Of a stretch of 64,000 bases of DNA, positions 47,038 to 56,619 are shown in pieces. The notes beneath the pieces are model-generated. The model did no database searches, was not told the origin of the DNA, and worked only from the letters and a program-made list of their open reading frames with translations. A program made the translations under genes and the position numbers. Positions within the stretch are counted from its first letter, which is position 1. The number at the start of each line of letters is the position of its first letter. The DNA is from Candidatus Komeilibacteria bacterium CG11_big_fil_rev_8_21_14_0_20_36_20 (GTDB lineage Bacteria > Patescibacteriota > Patescibacteriia > UBA1558 > GWA2-36-10), in the NCBI GenBank assembly GCA_002787405.1, contig PCWQ01000007.1, forward strand, positions 31,296-95,295. Direction: 5' to 3'.

Positions 47038-49307
47038 GACGGCTGAAACTCGCCGTTTTTAATTCTCTCGATAAAATCTTCGGATTGAGTCAAATATGGC
47101 TCGCCGAATTTTTTAACTTCTTCAGCAATAGCAATGGCCTGATCATTCATCCCCAAACTAGCGTAGGATAAAGCTAAACTAATATAATACTGGGGATTCT
47201 CTGAATACTGCTGCCTCAAAATATCGTAAAAATAAGCCGACCAAGTAAAATCTTGGGCGTTGACTGCTGCACTGGCCATGCGGTTCAAGGGTTCCTCTTG
47301 TTTATAATTCAAATTCATTGAATCCATGGTTTCAAGATATGGCTGCACTTTATCCGGCTGATGACTGGCCAATAAAACCATAACCATATTAATATAAGAT
47401 TCTAAAACATCGTCATTCAAATCTATGGCTTTTTGAAAATTAACCACCAAATCGCTCTGATACTTAGCGGCTTCTTCTGGTTTGCCCTGATCTGTCAGCC
47501 ATAAATAAAGATACAAATCAGCATAGCCCATTTCCTCATAAATTTGCAGTCTAGTAGGACTATATTTTAAAGCCGTTTCTCCCAACGGAAAAACTTTATA
47601 CAATCTATTTGGATCTAAAACATAAGTATAGTTATAATGACGCATAAATAACAAATAATTAGCTACGTCAGCTGGATTTTCTGCAATGCGTTTTTCCAAT
47701 TCCTGATCTATATGTGTGACATACTGTGTGGCATTATAGGGCGTAATTAACTGATGAACAATTAAACCATCAACAAATTCAACAACTCTTCTCCTAAATT
47801 CATTGGTGCCGGAAGTACGGTAATCAATTGCCTGAAAATAAGTATTAACCGCCTGAGGAACATCAACATTTTCCAAATGCAAGGCATCAATCACAGTCAA
47901 ATTGGCTTTAGCTTCTTTAAGATTAACCCAATACATAATTGGACCCAAGGCAATAAGGTAAACCACCAAAATAGCCGCCATAACTTTACGTCCAGTGAAC
48001 TCAAATTTAGGTTTGGTATATTTTTGAGCTATCAAAACTATAATCAAAAACAAAGGTAGATAAGTAACCATGGCCTCAAAAACAAAAATTCCTTGAACAA
48101 TAAAAGCTATAATGGCTAGAGCCAAAATTTGATTGCCAAAATCAATATTTTTTGATTCCTCTTTTCTCCCAGCCGTTGCTTTCTTTAAAACTATATAAAG
48201 CGGCCATAATATTAAAAGACTATACAAAAGCAAACCAATAATGCCCCCCGTAACTAAATGATCAAGAAAAATATTATGAGCTCGGTCAAACCAAACTTGT
48301 GAACCGGCGTGTGAATATATTTCCGGATTAAAATACTTGTTAAAAACAACAGAAAAATTTTCCTGACCATAACCCAAAATCGGCTTTTCTTTAAATCCCT
48401 GCCAAGCGGAATTCCAGGTCATTAAACGGGTCTGGGCGGTTCTTTCTGATAAAGAAATACTGGTCATTCTCCTTAGAGCTTCATTATTCTGAATAAAATC
48501 GCTTGAGCGATTGACATAGATAACGGCGCCCAGCACACACAAAATCAACCCCAGAGCAATTAATGAATATTTGATTTTTTTATGGCTTATTCGAAAAATA
48601 TTGTAGATAACAAAAATCAAGGCACTAGCTAAAATTGCCACAAAAGCACCACGAGTACCGGTCTGAACCATGACAAACAAATCAATCAAAATGGCCACAA
48701 TATAATAAATACTTAAATACTTATTGTGACGTTTAATCATCAAATAAAGACCAAAAAAGACCGCCAACAAAGAATAACCAGCCAGATAAGCAGCATTACC
48801 AATAGTCGAAGCGACCCGACCATCAGTCACTCCTGTTCTATTAATAAAATCAACATTAAAATACTGCAACAAGCCGATTAAGACCACTATTTGAGCGGCA
48901 ACGAAAAATACTTCCCATAAAAATAGCCACTCTTTTCGGTTGGAGATAAAATTACGCAGGATAAAAAATAAAATAAACATGTGAGACCAGAGCAAAAGGC
49001 CTTCTGATCTCTCAATATTACTCCAGAAGCTAAAATAAAAATTATCACCCAGTAAAGAGGAAAGAAACATAGAAACCAATAAGATAAAAAAGACAATCGT
49101 CAGCCAATCAATTTTAACCTTAATTTCTTTCTTCACTAGAACGTAAATGAGCCACAATAAGAGCAAGACTTCCACTAAAATTCTAAAAGCCAGGGCTTTA
49201 CTGTAAATATAGGGAAAGAAAAAATTACTATTAATATAAATAGGGGTCAGCATAATTAGAATCAAAGCTGACCAAATAAGCTTGGAAAATATTTTATCTG
49301 CTTTCAT
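47034..49307 (-). CDS. O-antigen ligase / O-oligosaccharyltransferase family protein, paralog of 2625..4739
   Basis: FWSNIERSEG, RVASTIGNAAYLAG, TGTRGA, TRLMTW, PILGYGQENF, WFDRAHN; TPR-like tail. Confidence 0.85.
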   Translation of the reverse strand: MKADKIFSKLIWSALILIMLTPIYINSNFFFPYIYSKALAFRILVEVLLLLWLIYVLVKKEIKVKIDWLTIVFFILLVSMFLSSLLGDNFYFSFWSNIERSEGLLLWSHMFILFFILRNFISNRKEWLFLWEVFFVAAQIVVLIGLLQYFNVDFINRTGVTDGRVASTIGNAAYLAGYSLLAVFFGLYLMIKRHNKYLSIYYIVAILIDLFVMVQTGTRGAFVAILASALIFVIYNIFRISHKKIKYSLIALGLILCVLGAVIYVNRSSDFIQNNEALRRMTSISLSERTAQTRLMTWNSAWQGFKEKPILGYGQENFSVVFNKYFNPEIYSHAGSQVWFDRAHNIFLDHLVTGGIIGLLLYSLLILWPLYIVLKKATAGRKEESKNIDFGNQILALAIIAFIVQGIFVFEAMVTYLPLFLIIVLIAQKYTKPKFEFTGRKVMAAILVVYLIALGPIMYWVNLKEAKANLTVIDALHLENVDVPQAVNTYFQAIDYRTSGTNEFRRRVVEFVDGLIVHQLITPYNATQYVTHIDQELEKRIAENPADVANYLLFMRHYNYTYVLDPNRLYKVFPLGETALKYSPTRLQIYEEMGYADLYLYLWLTDQGKPEEAAKYQSDLVVNFQKAIDLNDDVLESYINMVMVLLASHQPDKVQPYLETMDSMNLNYKQEEPLNRMASAAVNAQDFTWSAYFYDILRQQYSENPQYYISLALSYASLGMNDQAIAIAEEVKKFGEPYLTQSEDFIERIKNGEFQPS

Positions 49308-49314
49308 ATTTAAT

Positions 49315-50019
49315 TTAAAAAGTATGCTCCGGGTCTAATTCTAAAATTTTGTTTTTATAATACTCGGCCTTATTGGCGTCTAGTTGTTTATCTTTAAAGA
49401 AATAATACAAATACTGGTAAAAATTAACATCCGACTGTCCGGCCGGCTTACTCATTCCATCCAACATAATAGTCTCTACTCTATAGGACTCTGCCGGTAA
49501 ATAAGTTTCGTATAAATCAGCATAAGAAACATAATAGTGATAATAGCCAATATTATCTTTGTTAATGGATAAATCAAAATAATAAGCAGCCTGATCATAA
49601 TCTCGGGCAAATGACTTGTAATAGTTGCCTAAATTGGAAAAAGCTAAAGGATTGATGGGATTTAAAACAGTGTCATATTTCCAGGCCTCTACCGCCCCCT
49701 CGAAATCCATCAAGCCAAGCTTAAGATTGCCGATTTCTATCCATAAATCATAAACATCATAGTCATCCGCCTGATGTAAATATCCATAATCATTATTCAG
49801 CCGGTCCACTAAGTTCTGGGTAGACTCTTCATCCATATCCGTATCAGGAAAATCACTAAGCTGATAAACATAATCAATCGGTGGTTGATTATTATTATTT
49901 TGACCTTGGTTGTTATTAGAACCAAAAATCAACCAAATAGCTAGGGCGATAACCGCCAAAATTAAAATAATAAAAAGATTTTTTTTATTCACCCTGTTAG
50001 AAATTTTAAGATTATTCAT
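49315..50019 (-). CDS. Membrane-anchored TPR-like protein
   Basis: N-terminal hydrophobic helix; TPR-like NPLAFSNLGNYY..DYDQAAYYF. Real start may be GTG at 49992. Confidence 0.7.
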   Translation of the reverse strand: MNNLKISNRVNKKNLFIILILAVIALAIWLIFGSNNNQGQNNNNQPPIDYVYQLSDFPDTDMDEESTQNLVDRLNNDYGYLHQADDYDVYDLWIEIGNLKLGLMDFEGAVEAWKYDTVLNPINPLAFSNLGNYYKSFARDYDQAAYYFDLSINKDNIGYYHYYVSYADLYETYLPAESYRVETIMLDGMSKPAGQSDVNFYQYLYYFFKDKQLDANKAEYYKNKILELDPEHTF

Positions 50020-50076
50020 AAAATAAAACTTAATAATATGACCTCGCTAGATTTTGTGAATTTCTAACGGGGTTCA
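49988..50076. repeat. Inverted-repeat element (TGAACCCCGTTAGAAAT family), copy B
   Basis: TTCACCCTGTTAGAAAT (49988-50004), TGACCTCGCTAGA (50039-50051), ATTTCTAACGGGGTTCA (50060-50076). Confidence 0.8.
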
Positions 50077-50112
50077 TAATACTTGTCTATTGTATTATAT
50101 CTGCTTATATTT

Positions 50113-50154
50113 GACAACACCCTTCCCCCTTTACAGGGGGAAGGGTGAATTGTC
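50113..50154 (-). terminator. Strong hairpin downstream of the S-layer-like gene (terminator or 3' stabiliser)
   Basis: Perfect 13-bp stem CACCCTTCCCCCT/AGGGGGAAGGGTG with a GTAA (GNRA) loop on the minus strand; weak U-tract. Confidence 0.7.
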
Positions 50155-50190
50155 TATCTCTAATTACTTATTGCAAGTAAAAAGATTTTC

Positions 50191-53100
50191 TTAACCTGAC
50201 CAGCTAATAGTATAACTTGGAGTTGACGTAGTGACAGCTCCTAAGCCGGATACGAGGTATCCATTATACCATTGTCCGTATTCTGTAGCGGTAGCTCCTG
50301 TTGTGTCTATACCTCTACCTTTATAGTTGTCTGACCAGACAAAGTTACCTTGATTTAAGGCGCCCCAAGCATCAGCATAGTTAGTATTAATATCTGTGGT
50401 TGGATTACCATAACCATCAGATGACGTCGAAGAAGCAGTATCACCTAACATAGCTACACTAACATTCTCTCCTGTTCCAGCAAGAGCAATAGTACAATTA
50501 TAGTAATAAGTCTCGCTAGAGCCGGCTGAAATTTGTAAAGGCTCTAATTCATCACTATGTGAAATAAGAGGATTATCAAAGGTGTAAGTATTATAGCCAC
50601 CATAGCCGTCACCTCCATCTAAATCGGTTGGATCAGCAGCAGTGCCGACAACATTACCGTCGCTATCTCTTAGATAACAACTGGTAACATTAATAGTACC
50701 ACCAGTAGCCACAGTAAGAGTAGCGCGATATAGCAACACTTCATTGCCCGAAGCATCAGCCGCCACATTAAAGGCATAAAGATCAATTGCGCCGTTAGTC
50801 AAAGATGTAGCTGCGCCTAAAGGAGCGCTGGCAGTTGAATGAGTAACAGTTGGCAAAGCTTTGTGAAGCACCATACCAGTAGTGGTTGAACCATTATAAG
50901 TCTCGGAAGTAACCACATCGTTAGAATCAACACCTGTGGTTTTAACACCATCTGTGCCGCCTAGACCAAATCTGACATCAGCGCCTGGAGTACCAGGAGC
51001 ATTATCAGCACTTGAACTAATAGTTCCTAGGTCAGCTTTAACAGTAATGGTTTTTGAACCGTCTTGAGGAATGGTTAAAGTGTTATTAGGAAAGTTGAAA
51101 GTATAGTATCCAGTTGATGGAATGGCAGCACTACCTAATAAAGTAGAACCGTCATATAAATACACTTTTGAGACATCCTGATAATTACCGGTAGCTGTAC
51201 CAGTAATATTACCGTCAGCCACAAAAACTTTCAATTGATCAAGATCAAGATTTTCATTAAACGCTTCCAGTCGAATATTACCAAAGGTTACTCCAGTAGC
51301 GCCGGCTCTAACAATTGCGGCGCTAGGATTGTTGTAAGTGCTAATGGTCAAAGTGCCGGCTGTGGCTACAGTCATGGTAGCACCCATGTCAGCGGTCAAA
51401 GTAACTATCCCTCTGTTTCCACTAGTAACACCATAAGCAATGACTGAAGCATTAGCTGTGGTGCTTACATCAACTAAACCAAAGATACCTACTTGTTCAG
51501 CAACAGCTCCGGTATTGACATCGGCAATCAACTGAATGGTCTTTGAAGTTCCTTTAGTAAGCACAATTGGATCATCAAAGGCAAAAGTTGAAGAAGCTGA
51601 ATCATAGCCATCGTTGTCTGCTGGGGCATCATTGACTGGACTCTTGGCTACACCACCGCTGCCAAAGACACCGTCATAAATAGTCAAGTTGGTGAAATTG
51701 GTGGAAGAGGCATGAACAACTATTGAAGTTATTCTAATATCTTCACCTGAATTTGTACCGTCAAAGTTCCAAGAACCCACTAAAACATCTTGAGCGCCGG
51801 CAATTACTGTAGCGTTGGCTGGCAAGGTGTTTCTAGTGACAGTCAAATTAGCGGCCTTAACTGTCTGGGTGTTGGTATCAACATTAGCTGCTGGGCTAGC
51901 GGTAATTGAATTACCGGTTACCTGACCAGTAGCAGTAATAGCGCTAGCTGCAGTTGCAAGTCTAGCATAAATAGTATCGTCAGTAGCCCATCCGCCGCTG
52001 ATATTCAAATTACCCATAATTGTATATTCACTCTCGCCAACTGGCAAAGTAAATGTATCCGTGAAAGCTACGGTTAAAGCATCATTGGTAATATCAGTTG
52101 GACCGGCCACAGTTACGCCATTGCTATCAACTATTTTAACTCCTTCCAAAGCATCTTCAATCTGAGCGCCAGAAGAAGAAACAATGGTTAAGGTCAATTC
52201 AGTGACGTCAATTGGTTCACCTTTAACCGTAAATTTAAAGGCGCCTAGAGTTTGGTCGCTTCCAACTGTAACATTGTCAGCACCAACACTGGATCCTCTT
52301 TCCACAGTCATATTACCATTAGCAATTTGAAATTCATTAGCGCTTAAGACTGGCTTAGTAGCAGCAGAACCAGTACCGCTATAGGTTGGGGTAATATTAT
52401 AACCATAAGTATTACCTTTTACTAATAGGTCTGTAGTTCTGTAGATACCTAAATCAACTGTTCGGGCTGAACCGCTCTCAACATCGGCTTGCACCTGATA
52501 TTGATAGGTCTGGCCTTTAGGAATAGTGGTGGCAGCAATACTAAAGTTAATATACTTACCATCAACCACACCGTCGGCGATCTTGGTACCGTCTTTTAAC
52601 AAGGCATATCCAGAAAGATCTTCACTTAAGCTGGCTGTACCTTCTTGGTAAACAGAAACCTGATTAAAGGTCACATCTTCAACTGAACCTGCTTGGATTT
52701 GGAAAGCAAAGAAAGTATAGTCCTGTTTGCCTACTTCAATGGTAGTAGAACTAGCATTGTTATAGGAACCTCTTTGAACAGTAGCTGTACCAATTGTAAT
52801 GGTATGGTTTAAAGTCTGGGTATTACCATAGGCAGGCAATGAGCCAATAACTGAACCACTACCTTTCAAAGTAATAGAAGCTAAACCAAGGGCTGGATTT
52901 TCACCAGCATAGCTGTCTAAAGAAGCAGCCATATTACCGGCTAAATAAATATATTGAGTGGTGTTGGCTGGGATGACAACATCCTTGGTAAAGGTAGCTT
53001 GGTGATTGGAGTTGAAAGTCTTTGAGTTTTGATCAAAAGGAATCATGGTGCTGCCGTCCAAAACATCAATGGTTGAAAAAGCAGCATCCTGCCCGATTCC

Positions 53101-53967
53101 ACCTCTTTGAACAACCATTGTGTCAATGGTTACTCCTTCGCTACCGGTGGTTAATTTAAGTTTGGTGAAAGGATATCTAGCGGCACCTTCAACTACAATG
53201 CCGGAAGCTGGCGTATCGCTAGCCAATGACACTGTTAGGTCGCCACCAGAAACTGGTCCACCGCCTTCACCCGGCATATAACCTGCCAGTTCTGTTTCTT
53301 CACCGGTGATTGATTCGCCGGTTGAATAACCATCTACGTTAGCCACGTCAATAACATAGTCATAACTAAAGTTATTGGCTTCAAAGGCATCAGAAGTAGC
53401 AAATGGTCGGACTGTATCGCCTTCACCGACATAATACAAATCCTCGCCCACCTGCAGCAATGTACCTTCTGGATACATAGTGCTTAAATCAGAACCAGTG
53501 GTATAGCTGGATGAAAAATAACCTGGGATAACATCTAGAACTCTAGATCCCCAATCGGCACCATACAAATCTTCAGCCACGTCTCCTGTAGGAATCCAGT
53601 GGAGTGTTCCACCCGGACCAACAGCATAAATTTTGGCTGTATTCATATGGGTAACCAATTTGGTTCCCGGTCGATAAGTCACGGCGCCGCCGTCTGCATA
53701 CAAATCCAGTTCAGCTACGTTAACTCTGACCACATTGTCAAAGTTATCATACCAAGTATTATATGTTTTTCCATCTGGGAAAACATATTTCATACCATCT
53801 GAACCAATGTAATAAACAGCTGCACCAGATTGACCTTCTAAGGCAAGCAAAGAGCCTGCTCCGTAATTACCAGCGGCTTTGGCTACTGGCGCAAAAGATA
53901 CGCCAACTGACCAAAGGGCAGTGGTAATCACCAAAGAAAATACAGCAAATTTCTTTAATAAGTGCAT
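50191..53967 (-). CDS. Large secreted S-layer-like surface protein
   Basis: Signal peptide ending AKA; three N-terminal GxLL/V...YY repeats; about six beta-rich Thr/Gly/Ala modules starting GxLTV/ATV/MTV; ATG 53967. Confidence 0.75.
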   Translation of the reverse strand: MHLLKKFAVFSLVITTALWSVGVSFAPVAKAAGNYGAGSLLALEGQSGAAVYYIGSDGMKYVFPDGKTYNTWYDNFDNVVRVNVAELDLYADGGAVTYRPGTKLVTHMNTAKIYAVGPGGTLHWIPTGDVAEDLYGADWGSRVLDVIPGYFSSSYTTGSDLSTMYPEGTLLQVGEDLYYVGEGDTVRPFATSDAFEANNFSYDYVIDVANVDGYSTGESITGEETELAGYMPGEGGGPVSGGDLTVSLASDTPASGIVVEGAARYPFTKLKLTTGSEGVTIDTMVVQRGGIGQDAAFSTIDVLDGSTMIPFDQNSKTFNSNHQATFTKDVVIPANTTQYIYLAGNMAASLDSYAGENPALGLASITLKGSGSVIGSLPAYGNTQTLNHTITIGTATVQRGSYNNASSTTIEVGKQDYTFFAFQIQAGSVEDVTFNQVSVYQEGTASLSEDLSGYALLKDGTKIADGVVDGKYINFSIAATTIPKGQTYQYQVQADVESGSARTVDLGIYRTTDLLVKGNTYGYNITPTYSGTGSAATKPVLSANEFQIANGNMTVERGSSVGADNVTVGSDQTLGAFKFTVKGEPIDVTELTLTIVSSSGAQIEDALEGVKIVDSNGVTVAGPTDITNDALTVAFTDTFTLPVGESEYTIMGNLNISGGWATDDTIYARLATAASAITATGQVTGNSITASPAANVDTNTQTVKAANLTVTRNTLPANATVIAGAQDVLVGSWNFDGTNSGEDIRITSIVVHASSTNFTNLTIYDGVFGSGGVAKSPVNDAPADNDGYDSASSTFAFDDPIVLTKGTSKTIQLIADVNTGAVAEQVGIFGLVDVSTTANASVIAYGVTSGNRGIVTLTADMGATMTVATAGTLTISTYNNPSAAIVRAGATGVTFGNIRLEAFNENLDLDQLKVFVADGNITGTATGNYQDVSKVYLYDGSTLLGSAAIPSTGYYTFNFPNNTLTIPQDGSKTITVKADLGTISSSADNAPGTPGADVRFGLGGTDGVKTTGVDSNDVVTSETYNGSTTTGMVLHKALPTVTHSTASAPLGAATSLTNGAIDLYAFNVAADASGNEVLLYRATLTVATGGTINVTSCYLRDSDGNVVGTAADPTDLDGGDGYGGYNTYTFDNPLISHSDELEPLQISAGSSETYYYNCTIALAGTGENVSVAMLGDTASSTSSDGYGNPTTDINTNYADAWGALNQGNFVWSDNYKGRGIDTTGATATEYGQWYNGYLVSGLGAVTTSTPSYTISWSG

Positions 53968-54017
53968 GTTTCTTTTTTTTAAAAAAGTCCCCAAACATTA
54001 TTTAATCATCTAAAATA

Positions 54018-54338
54018 TAAGCGCTTCTGTTTGTTTTCTAAACAGAAACCAAACCATTATCTTGAGTGCCCCCAGCATACGCCGGACCGACCTTTCAGAC
54101 AACACTAAGCCAATGGGCTTATAAGTTAGTTTGATAAAAATTTTGTTTAGGAACGACTAATTAGAGCCCGAAATTGATTTCTCAACTTCAGGACTTACCA
54201 CATACCAATAAGTATATGGTCAAATCCCTAATCGCGCGCGATTTAGCGATAAGTTAGGGATAATAGCTTTCAAACTTTTTGAAAGCTAAATACCCTCAAC
54301 CTATCTGCCAACTCGACAAGCTGGATAATCGCGCTTTA
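54018..54338 (-). ncRNA. Candidate structured RNA / 5' leader of the S-layer-like gene
   Basis: At least eight hairpins plus long-range closing helices; mismatches read as G-U pairs on the minus strand; one GAAA tetraloop. Confidence 0.65.
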
Positions 54339-54371
54339 AGGATTTTTTATAATTAATTATTAAACGACAAA

Positions 54372-55712
54372 TTAATTATTAATTTCCGTAACTGCAGAAT
54401 CATCGACTACTGGTTCTTCTAATTCTACTTCTTTTAATTCTACTTCATCAATCCCAACTGCAGAGGCCTCTACTGTTTCTGACTCTTCTTTTAAATTACC
54501 GTCCATATCAGCAGGAGTCGTGCTGGCTGTCTGTCCACTATCAATAGAATCCTTATTTTCTGCCTGCTTATTGTTGGATATCTGTTCTAAAACTGTTTCT
54601 GCCTCACTATTGATCTCTTTACTTTCAGAAACTTTATTAAGTGCATCTTTCAAGGCACCTTCTCCCAATAAAACCTTGGCTTCATCCAGAACAACCTCCG
54701 CTGCTCCCGGTTTTGACTTAATGCTATTAATGTTTGTTAAATCCTCTTGCTGGCCAACTGATGCATCTGTATTATTTTCTTGTTCTTCACCAGCAACATC
54801 CACCTTTTCTTTAGTGTTTTTAATTTCTGAAGACAAATCGTCAATTTCAGAGGCAATAATTTCAGTCACTAAATTTTTAATTGTTTGAGCATCCCTTTCT
54901 TCAATATAAGTTTGCGGAGTAGTACTATTAGTGGAAATCTCTTGGTCAATTACTGATTTTTTCATAGCTGATTCTACTTCTTCATGAACTTCTACCGCTA
55001 AATTGACCGCTGATTCTTTAGCTTCTTCATTAAATTTTTTAACATCATTCAACGCTTCTTTAAAAACTGCATTTTTACTCTTATTGGCTTCTTCCAATGA
55101 GCTCACTTTATTCTTAGTTTCCTTAGTAGCATCTTTAACTTTTTTAGCTAAAGAGACTGCTTCTACTGGTTTCTTCTCCTCTTTAACTATCTTCAAAGAA
55201 GTGTCAACTGCTGTGACGTCCTGTTCTAAATGGCCGACTGCCTTTTTTATTGCTTTTTCACTTTTGACAGTTTGTCCGGGTTGATCGGTTTTATTTAAAT
55301 CTTTCACAATTTTATCAATTTCTGCCAATCTTTTATTGACATGCTTAATATGAACTTCTGTCTCTCTAACCGGACTAAGAGTAACCGTTAATTCCGCTTT
55401 TTCTATTGATCTCTTAATCGGCCAAAGAACTTCACCAGGCACTGAAGCTTGAGCGGCAAAACCGACTCCTGAACCCATCATGATAATCAAAAATCCAGCA
55501 ATAACTTTACTAACCGAAGGAACAGTGCGGCGCATTACCCGACTAACAAATAAATCAACCTTTTCTGAATTGGTTAATTTTTGCGCTTTCATTAATCTGT
55601 TCTGAGCAGAGATTTCAGAAAGTAAATCATATTTAGTTGTGTCTTCCCATTTTTTATTCGGCTGTAATTCAGCTAAATTCTTTAGTTGGGAAATTTTTTT
55701 AGTTAAACTCAT
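54372..55712 (-). CDS. DUF5667-type membrane-anchored protein, putative anti-sigma factor
   Basis: Single TM helix then AAQASVPGEVLWPIKRSIEK...KRLAEI; acidic tail; directly follows an ECF sigma gene. Confidence 0.72.
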   Translation of the reverse strand: MSLTKKISQLKNLAELQPNKKWEDTTKYDLLSEISAQNRLMKAQKLTNSEKVDLFVSRVMRRTVPSVSKVIAGFLIIMMGSGVGFAAQASVPGEVLWPIKRSIEKAELTVTLSPVRETEVHIKHVNKRLAEIDKIVKDLNKTDQPGQTVKSEKAIKKAVGHLEQDVTAVDTSLKIVKEEKKPVEAVSLAKKVKDATKETKNKVSSLEEANKSKNAVFKEALNDVKKFNEEAKESAVNLAVEVHEEVESAMKKSVIDQEISTNSTTPQTYIEERDAQTIKNLVTEIIASEIDDLSSEIKNTKEKVDVAGEEQENNTDASVGQQEDLTNINSIKSKPGAAEVVLDEAKVLLGEGALKDALNKVSESKEINSEAETVLEQISNNKQAENKDSIDSGQTASTTPADMDGNLKEESETVEASAVGIDEVELKEVELEEPVVDDSAVTEINN

Positions 55713-55734
55713 ATATTTGAGATTATTTTATATA

Positions 55735-56286
55735 TTATTTTTCCGTAATTTCTTTTAATTTATTTAAAGCCCTATGTAAAATAACTCGAACATTATTTTT
55801 ATCTTTTTCTATAATTTGGGAAATGTCCTCAATTGATAAATCTTCCACATAACGCAAGAGTAGGATTTCTTGATATTCTGGCTTAAGTTGAGATAACTGC
55901 CGCAATAAATTATCTGCATCTAATGACTTATCTAAATTGGTTATAGTTTTATCAGTCAAATAATTATTTGTTTCGAAGATATAATCCAAAGGTAACTCCT
56001 GTCGATTGGATCTCCGATAATGATCAATCACGGCGTTGCGAGCTATGCGGAAAATAAATGCCTGGAAATTTTTAATATGCCTCTTATCAACTAAATGCTG
56101 CCAAATTTTTAAAAAAATATCTTGAGTTAAGTCTTCTGCTATTTGCTTGTTTGATACCTTGATCATAACAAAGCGGTAGATACGAGATACATATTTGTCA
56201 TAAAAAAAGGCAAAAGCGTCAGAATCCCCGGCTTTTAATTTTAAAAAAGCTATTCTTTCTTGTAAATTGTCTTTAAAACTTTTCAT
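55735..56286 (-). CDS. ECF RNA polymerase sigma factor
   Basis: GDSDAFAFFY, AEDLTQDIFLKIW, FRIARNAVIDHYR, LLLRYVEDLS..I......NVRVILHRA. Confidence 0.92.
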   Translation of the reverse strand: MKSFKDNLQERIAFLKLKAGDSDAFAFFYDKYVSRIYRFVMIKVSNKQIAEDLTQDIFLKIWQHLVDKRHIKNFQAFIFRIARNAVIDHYRRSNRQELPLDYIFETNNYLTDKTITNLDKSLDADNLLRQLSQLKPEYQEILLLRYVEDLSIEDISQIIEKDKNNVRVILHRALNKLKEITEK

Positions 56287-56538
56287 ATATATAGACGTAA
56301 CAACCCTAAAAATATTACATTTTTAATAATTATAAATTTAGCTAATATTAGCTAAAAAAATAAATAAATCTTAATAATTTTTCTCTAATATAGTCATCTA
56401 AAATAAAGTGGAGCTAATTATAGCATTTTAGATGTTTTTTGTAAATGTAAATTCCCCACAAAATTTGAACTGATGATACCAAATATTAACATATTTTAGA
56501 TTATTTGTCTTATAAAAAGAGCCCTATATTTTATAAAG

Positions 56539-56581
56539 TTATCCACAGATATTGATAAAAAGTATAGAATATTCTATACTT
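56539..56581 (+). promoter_or_regulatory. DnaA box, sigma70 promoter and 22-bp perfect palindromic operator
   Basis: TTATCCACA 56539-56547; TTGATA(56552)-N17-TATACT(56575); AAGTATAGAATATTCTATACTT 56560-56581. Confidence 0.72.
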
Positions 56582-56619
56582 AATTATATAAAATAATCAA
56601 AATATTAACTGTATATTAT

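Noticed and set aside
54018-54200. RNase P RNA resemblance (GUGGUAAGUCC like GAGGAAAGUCC; ACAGAAGCGCUUAU like ACAGAA..CGGCUUA)
   Set aside because: The two segments cannot form P4, each is already paired in other helices, and other conserved regions were not found. An Rfam scan should still be run.
56287-56619. oriC candidate (AT-rich with a DnaA box)
   Set aside because: Only one perfect box plus one weak match, and no dnaA/dnaN nearby.
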